Shown in pieces: positions 53,907-59,063 of a stretch of 59,063 nt of DNA. Position 1 is the stretch's first letter; each line of letters begins with the position of its first letter. The stretch spans positions 1-59,063 of the forward strand of contig DAIODI010000001.1 of NCBI GenBank assembly GCA_036746875.1, in the 5' to 3' direction. The position numbers and the translations under genes are program-made. The notes under the pieces were generated by a model. The model saw only the letters and a list, made by a program, of their open reading frames with translations. It had not been told where the DNA came from and did no database searches. The stretch comes from Aestuariivirgaceae bacterium (GTDB lineage Bacteria > Pseudomonadota > Alphaproteobacteria > Rhizobiales > Aestuariivirgaceae).

Positions 53907-56462
53907 ATGATTCGAGCGGGGCGGATGCAGGGCGGCGCACTGGACCGACAGATCGAGGAGGGCAGCGCCGTGAAAGCGGACGTACCGGGCGGCGTGGCGC
54001 GCGCTGCGCTCACCCTGGTGGCGGCGGCGCTGGCGGCGGTGAACGTGGCGCTGCTCGCCCGCCTCGCCGAGCCTCGCGTCGGGCTGGCGGCGGCGCTGGC
54101 GCTGGGCGCGCTGGCGCTCGGCGGCGCGCTGGCGCTGGTCGCCTGGGCGACGGGCTTTCTCCGGCGCGGGCAGGCCGGTGCCGAGAGCGGGTTGCTCAAC
54201 CCGATGGCCGACGCGATCGGCGACCCCATGGTCGTCACCGACGCTCGCGGCCGCGCCGTGTTCGCAAACCGGGCGTTCCGGGCGCTTGTCGAAGCCGGCG
54301 GCCATGGCCGGCTGATCGGGGTGGAGAACCTCTACGCCGGCTACCCCGATGCGGCCGACAAGGTGTACCGCCTGTCGCAGGCCGCCCGCGAGGGCCGGGC
54401 GGCGGAGGAAGAGCTGCGACTGTCGCCGGGCTCCGGCGCGCCGCTGTCGCGGACCGCGAAGACCTCGTGGATCGCCGCAAGGGTGACGCCGGTGGCGGCG
54501 CCGGGCGGGCCGTATTCGCTGTGGCGGCTTGTCGACACCACCGACGAGCGCGACCGGCAGGAAGCGGCGTTCAGCCATCTCCAGTACATCATCAACTACC
54601 TCGATCACGCTCCGGCCGGTTTCTTCTCCACCCAGCCCGACGGGCAGATCGCCTACGTCAACGCCACGCTCGCCGGCTGGCTGGGGCTTGACCTCGCGCA
54701 GACCACCGACGGCGCGCTGACGCTCGACGACATCGTCGGAGCGGACGGCGCCAAGCTGATCTCGCGCATCGAGGCCGCGCCGGGCGGCGTCAGGGTCGAG
54801 ACCTTCGACATCGATCTTGAGGCCAAGACCGGACGCACGGTGCCGGTGCGGATCATCCACCGCGCCGACTTCGCCGCCACGGGCGAGCCGCAGCCGTCGC
54901 GCTCGCTGGTCCTGGACCGGCTCGCCCACGACAGCGACCGGGAGTCGGCCGAGGCCGAGTCGAGGATCGCCCGGCTGATCAACAACGCGCCCATCGGCAT
55001 CGTGCAGGTGGCGCGCGACGGAACCATCGCGAGCTTCAACACCGCGTTCGCCGCAATGGCGCAGCGGGCGGCGCGCGGCGCGCGGCTGGGGCAGGCGATC
55101 CATCCCGATCATGCGGCCGCCGTGGCCGAAGCCATCACGCGGGCCTTCGCCGGAGCGCCGCCGGGCGAGCCGCTCGACGTCGCCTTCGGCGGCGACCGCA
55201 GCCACTCGGCGCAGCTGGTCTTCGGGCGCGTCGCGCCAGGCGAGGACGAGGCGCTCACCGTCTACGCCATCGACACCACGCAGCACGCCTCCCTTGAGGT
55301 GCAGCTCGCCCAGAGCCGCAAGATGCTGGCGATCGGCCAGCTGGCCGGCGGCATCGCGCACGACTTCAACAACGTGCTGACCGCGATCATCGGCTTTTCC
55401 GACCTGCTGCTCGCGCGCCACAAGCCGACCGACCCGTCGTTCGCCGACATCATGAACATCAAGCAGAACGCCAACCGGGCGGCGAACCTGGTGCGCCAGC
55501 TGCTGGCGTTCTCGCGCCGCCAGACGCTGCGGCCGGAGGTGACCTCGCTCACCGACATCGTCTCCGACCTTGGCAACCTGCTCGGCCGGCTGCTGGGCGA
55601 GAAGATCGAACTCAAGATCGTGCACGGGCGCGACGTGGGTCTCGTGAAGGTGGACGTGAACCAGTTCGAACAGGTGATCATCAACCTCGCGGTCAACGCC
55701 CGCGACGCCATGCCGAACGGCGGCGCGCTCGTCATCCGCACCCACAACGTCGATCTCGAGGAGTCGCGGCAGCTGCGCCCCGGCCTTGTGCCGCCGGGCG
55801 ACTACGTGCTGTGCGAGGTGGAGGACACCGGCGCCGGCATGCCGCCGGAGGTGCTGGAGAAGATCTTCGAGCCGTTCTTCACCACCAAGGAGGTGGGCAA
55901 GGGCACCGGGCTCGGGCTCGCCACCGTCTACGGCATCATCAAGCAGACCGGCGGCTTCGTGTTCTGCGACAGCGAGGTGGGCAAGGGAACCACCTTCCGC
56001 ATCTATCTGCCGCGCCACGCCGAAGCCGAGCGCAAGGGGCCGCCGGCGGCGGCGCCGGAGCCGGCGAAGGAGGCGAAGCCCGCCGACCTCACCGGCAAGG
56101 GCACGATCCTGCTGGTCGAGGACGAGGATGCGGTGCGCTCGTTCGCCTCGCGGGCGCTGCAATCGCGCGGCTACACGGTGCTCACCGCCGAGACCGGCGA
56201 GCGGGCGCTCGCCATCGTGGAAGAACGGGGCGGCGAGATCGACCTTGTGCTCTCCGACGTGGTGATGCCCGAGATGGACGGCCCGACGCTGCTCAAGGAG
56301 ATGCGGAAGCGCGGCCACACGACGCGCGTGGTGTTCATCTCCGGCTACGCCGAGGACGCCTTCGAGAAGAACCTCGAAGGCGCGACCGACTTCGCCTTCC
56401 TGCCCAAGCCGTTCACGCTGAAGCAGCTCGCCGAGGCGGTGAAGCAGGCGATGAACGGCTGA
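53907..56462 (+). CDS. cckA: cell-cycle hybrid histidine kinase CckA
   Basis: TM pair, PAS regions, H-box [15 protein letters not shown] and G boxes, and a C-terminal receiver ([10 protein letters not shown]...[14 protein letters not shown]). The start is uncertain: ATG at 53907 or 53925. Confidence 0.88.
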   Translation: MIRAGRMQGGALDRQIEEGSAVKADVPGGVARAALTLVAAALAAVNVALLARLAEPRVGLAAALALGALALGGALALVAWATGFLRRGQAGAESGLLNPMADAIGDPMVVTDARGRAVFANRAFRALVEAGGHGRLIGVENLYAGYPDAADKVYRLSQAAREGRAAEEELRLSPGSGAPLSRTAKTSWIAARVTPVAAPGGPYSLWRLVDTTDERDRQEAAFSHLQYIINYLDHAPAGFFSTQPDGQIAYVNATLAGWLGLDLAQTTDGALTLDDIVGADGAKLISRIEAAPGGVRVETFDIDLEAKTGRTVPVRIIHRADFAATGEPQPSRSLVLDRLAHDSDRESAEAESRIARLINNAPIGIVQVARDGTIASFNTAFAAMAQRAARGARLGQAIHPDHAAAVAEAITRAFAGAPPGEPLDVAFGGDRSHSAQLVFGRVAPGEDEALTVYAIDTTQHASLEVQLAQSRKMLAIGQLAGGIAHDFNNVLTAIIGFSDLLLARHKPTDPSFADIMNIKQNANRAANLVRQLLAFSRRQTLRPEVTSLTDIVSDLGNLLGRLLGEKIELKIVHGRDVGLVKVDVNQFEQVIINLAVNARDAMPNGGALVIRTHNVDLEESRQLRPGLVPPGDYVLCEVEDTGAGMPPEVLEKIFEPFFTTKEVGKGTGLGLATVYGIIKQTGGFVFCDSEVGKGTTFRIYLPRHAEAERKGPPAAAPEPAKEAKPADLTGKGTILLVEDEDAVRSFASRALQSRGYTVLTAETGERALAIVEERGGEIDLVLSDVVMPEMDGPTLLKEMRKRGHTTRVVFISGYAEDAFEKNLEGATDFAFLPKPFTLKQLAEAVKQAMNG

Positions 56463-56496
56463 TCGTCAGGATGCTGATCATCAGGATGGGGAACCC

Positions 56497-57831
56497 ATGA
56501 CGTCACTGCACGCGCTGGCGCGCGATCTCGACACCGGACGGACCACGGCGCGGGCGCTGGTGGAGCGCAGCCTCGCCCGCATCGCCGATCCCGAAGGCGA
56601 GGGCGCGCGCGCCTTCCTCGCGGTGGACGCCGAGGGCGCGAGGGCCGCCGCCGACCACCTCGACGGCCTGCGCAAGCGCGGGCGCGCGCCGTCACGCTTC
56701 GCCGGCGTCCCGTTCTCGGTGAAGGACCTGTTCGATCTGGCGGGCGAGGAGACGCGGGCCGGCTCGAAGCAGGCCATGCCGAAGGCCGCACGCGACGCTC
56801 CCGCCATCGCAAGGCTGAAGGCGGCGGGCTTCATCGTGCTGGGGCGCACCAACATGACCGAGTTCGCCTATTCGGGCGTCGGCCTGAACCCGCACCACGG
56901 CACGCCGCGTTCGGTCTGGGACCGGGCGACCGGGCGCATCCCCGGCGGATCGTCGTCCGGGGCCGGCGTTTCGGTGGCGGACGGCATGTGCGCGCTCGCC
57001 ATCGGCACCGACACCGGCGGCTCGTGCCGCATCCCCGCCGCCTACAACGGCGTCGTCGGCTACAAGCCGTCGGTGGGCCGTGTGCCGACGGCCGGCGCGT
57101 TTCCGTTGTCGCGCACGCTCGACTCGGTCGGGCCGCTGGCGGGATCGGTGGCTGACTGCGCCATCGCCGACGCGCTGATGGCGGAGGACTGGAGCGGGGA
57201 GGTCGCCGCGCGGCCGGCGTCGTCGCTGCGGCTTGCGGCGCTCTCGACGGTGGCGACCGACGGGCTCGCTGCCGTCGTGGCGGGGGCTGACAAACGGGCG
57301 CAGTCGCGGCTAAGAGGCGCGGGCGCGCGGATCGCCGATCTCGCCATGCCGGAGCTTTCGGAGCTGCCGGCGATCAACGCCAAGGGCGGCATCAGCGCGG
57401 CGGAGGCGTATACGGAGCATCGCGCCCGGATTGAGGCGAGCGGCGGCGACTACGACCCGCGGGTGAGGAACCGCATTCTGCTCGGCCAGGCGATCACGGC
57501 GGAGGAACTCCTTACCATCCATCGCAAGCGGGCGGCGATGATCGCCCGCTTCGGGCTTCTGGCGCAGGGCTTCGACGCGGTGGTTCTGCCGACGGTGGCG
57601 ATCGCCCCGCCGGCGATCGCCGAGCTGTCGCGCGACGAGGACTACCTGCGCCTTAACTTCCTCAGCTTGCGGAACACCTTCCTCGGCAACTTCCTCAACG
57701 TCTGCGCCATCTCGGTGCCGATGACGGCGAAGGGCGAGCCGCCGGCCGGGCTGATGCTGATGGCGCCGTGGGGCGGCGACGAAGCGCTGTTCGCCGTGGC
57801 GGCGGGCGTCGAGGCGGCGCTGGCCGTTTAA
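56497..57831 (+). CDS. amidase-signature family protein
   Basis: GGSSSGAGVSVA and the Ser-cisSer-Lys context. Confidence 0.88.
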   Translation: MTSLHALARDLDTGRTTARALVERSLARIADPEGEGARAFLAVDAEGARAAADHLDGLRKRGRAPSRFAGVPFSVKDLFDLAGEETRAGSKQAMPKAARDAPAIARLKAAGFIVLGRTNMTEFAYSGVGLNPHHGTPRSVWDRATGRIPGGSSSGAGVSVADGMCALAIGTDTGGSCRIPAAYNGVVGYKPSVGRVPTAGAFPLSRTLDSVGPLAGSVADCAIADALMAEDWSGEVAARPASSLRLAALSTVATDGLAAVVAGADKRAQSRLRGAGARIADLAMPELSELPAINAKGGISAAEAYTEHRARIEASGGDYDPRVRNRILLGQAITAEELLTIHRKRAAMIARFGLLAQGFDAVVLPTVAIAPPAIAELSRDEDYLRLNFLSLRNTFLGNFLNVCAISVPMTAKGEPPAGLMLMAPWGGDEALFAVAAGVEAALAV

Positions 57832-58802
57832 GCCGGCCCGAAGCTCTTGCCGAAGAAGGCGAGCCAGTTGCCGCCCATGATCTTCAAGACCTCGTCTTGG
57901 GAGAATCCGGCGCGGGCGAGCCCTGCGGCGATGGTGGCGAAGCCGGTGTTGTCGGCGAACCACGGGACGGGCGGCGGGAAGCCGGGGCTGACGGCGGAGC
58001 CTTCGCCGTAGTCCGTCTGCTTCGACCAGCGGCCGTTCCGCATCCACTCCACCACGCTGTCGGGCTGGCCCTGCACCAGATCGCTGCCGACGCCGAGGTG
58101 ATCGACGCCCATCAGATCCGCGGCGCGCGCCGCCATTTCGCAGAACGACTCGAGCGTGCAGGCGGAGCCGTCCTTCAGGTGGTGAGGGTAGAGCGACAGC
58201 CCCAGCATGCCGCCCGAGGCCGCCAGCGCCTTGAGGACAGCATCGGACTTGTTGCGCTTCGCCGGATGCCAGAACCCCGGGTTGGCGTGGGTGATGGCGA
58301 TGGGGCGCGAGGAGGCGACGATGGCTTCGAGCGTGGAGCGCTCGCCGGAGTGCGACATGTCCACCACCATGCCGACGCGGTTCATCTCGGCCACCACCTG
58401 GCGGCCCATGCGGGTGAGGCCGCCGTCCTCCGCCTCATAGCAACCCGACGCCAGCAGCGACTGGTTGTTGTAGGTGAGCTGCATGAACCGCACCCCCAGC
58501 TGGTGCAACACCTCGACGAGGCCGATGTCGTCCTCGATGGAGGAGGGGTTCTGGAGCCCGAACACGATGGCGGTGCGGCCCTCTTCGCGCGCGCGCAACA
58601 CATCGGCGGCGGACCCGGCGCGGCGGATGAGCTGCGGGTAGCGCTCAAAGCAGCGGTTCCAGCGCACGATGTTGGCGACGGTTTCGCGGAACAGCTCGTG
58701 GTAGGAGATGGTGACGTGGACGGCGGCGACGCCGCCTTCGCGCATCTGCCGGAACACGGCCTCCGAAAGCTCCGTGTACTGAAGGCCGTCGATGGTCAGC
58801 AT
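57828..58802 (-). CDS. membrane-dipeptidase family (M19) peptidase
   Basis: MLTIDGLQY..., GVRFMQLTYNNQ, VDMSHSG and GVGSD motifs. Confidence 0.88.
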   Translation of the reverse strand: MLTIDGLQYTELSEAVFRQMREGGVAAVHVTISYHELFRETVANIVRWNRCFERYPQLIRRAGSAADVLRAREEGRTAIVFGLQNPSSIEDDIGLVEVLHQLGVRFMQLTYNNQSLLASGCYEAEDGGLTRMGRQVVAEMNRVGMVVDMSHSGERSTLEAIVASSRPIAITHANPGFWHPAKRNKSDAVLKALAASGGMLGLSLYPHHLKDGSACTLESFCEMAARAADLMGVDHLGVGSDLVQGQPDSVVEWMRNGRWSKQTDYGEGSAVSPGFPPPVPWFADNTGFATIAAGLARAGFSQDEVLKIMGGNWLAFFGKSFGPA

Positions 58803-59063
58803 GCGTGCTCCGTGCGCCCTGTGGCGTGTCTTGCCGGTTGCGGCGCGGCCGGGCAAGGGGGAACGGGCGGCGGTGGACCGCTGCGGCCCGCGGGCTTCGG
58901 GCGCAAGCCGCCCGGGCGGTCGCGGGCGGTCGTTCCGGTTGCGTTCCAGAACAGGAAAAAACGCCAATCCTGTCAGGTGGTTGATTTTCTGCTTGCCATG
59001 AGAACAAAAGTGGTACACGGTGGTTTTTGTGAACGCCGCTTGTGGATTTGAACCGGGGCGTCG

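Noticed and set aside
53889-56318. 809-aa ORF antisense to cckA. Similar cases: 22202-24142, 25749-27665, 27739-29613, 45111-47321, 17650-19695.
   Set aside because: All lie opposite or out of frame to genes with strong motif support, and all translate to low-complexity Arg-rich sequence.
59033-59063. GGATTTGAACC near the right edge, resembling the reverse complement of a tRNA T-arm (GGTTCAAATCC).
   Set aside because: The flanking 5-nt arms (TGTGG / CCGGG) give only 2 Watson-Crick pairs on the minus strand. No acceptor stem or CCA context can be built within the window.

Overview
High-GC chromosomal segment (about 73% in a typical 60-nt line I counted). The gene content looks alphaproteobacterial, Hyphomicrobiales/Rhizobiales-like: CckA, a single-Cys DksA, a GPR/RgsE-like polar coiled-coil giant, OpgD, and a MoxR plus CoxE-type VWA pair. 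I support about 50 protein-coding genes. I found no rRNA or tRNA genes, no transposase or integrase, and no CRISPR array. Content from left to right: ugd (3' part) and a dTDP-rhamnose cluster (rfbA, rfbB, rfbC) with a divergent ManC-like gene; a mixed metabolic block (GH3, oxidoreductases, transporters); a DUF1611 plus enolase-superfamily epimerase pair; a 1555-aa membrane-anchored coiled-coil protein; Hpt, ferredoxin and FNR; various hydrolases and transporters; an HDAC-like gene; ferredoxin-cysH; a SOUL protein; opgD. A long minus-strand run follows: degP-like, aceK, VWA, DMT, ycjF, ycjX, sixA, metA, a P-loop ATPase, Slam, a TbpB-like lipoprotein, and MoxR. The window ends with dksA, cckA, an amidase and an M19 dipeptidase. 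Most notable: (1) a low-GC Slam (DUF560) plus TbpB-fold surface-lipoprotein pair with no TonB receptor nearby; (2) a four-copy conserved hairpin element that carries the TAG stop of three different genes at the same element position; (3) a VWA ORF with no stop at its expected end, which reads 986 nt into aceK; (4) a frame break at the ferredoxin-cysH junction. Many long antisense ORFs in the track are GC artefacts.
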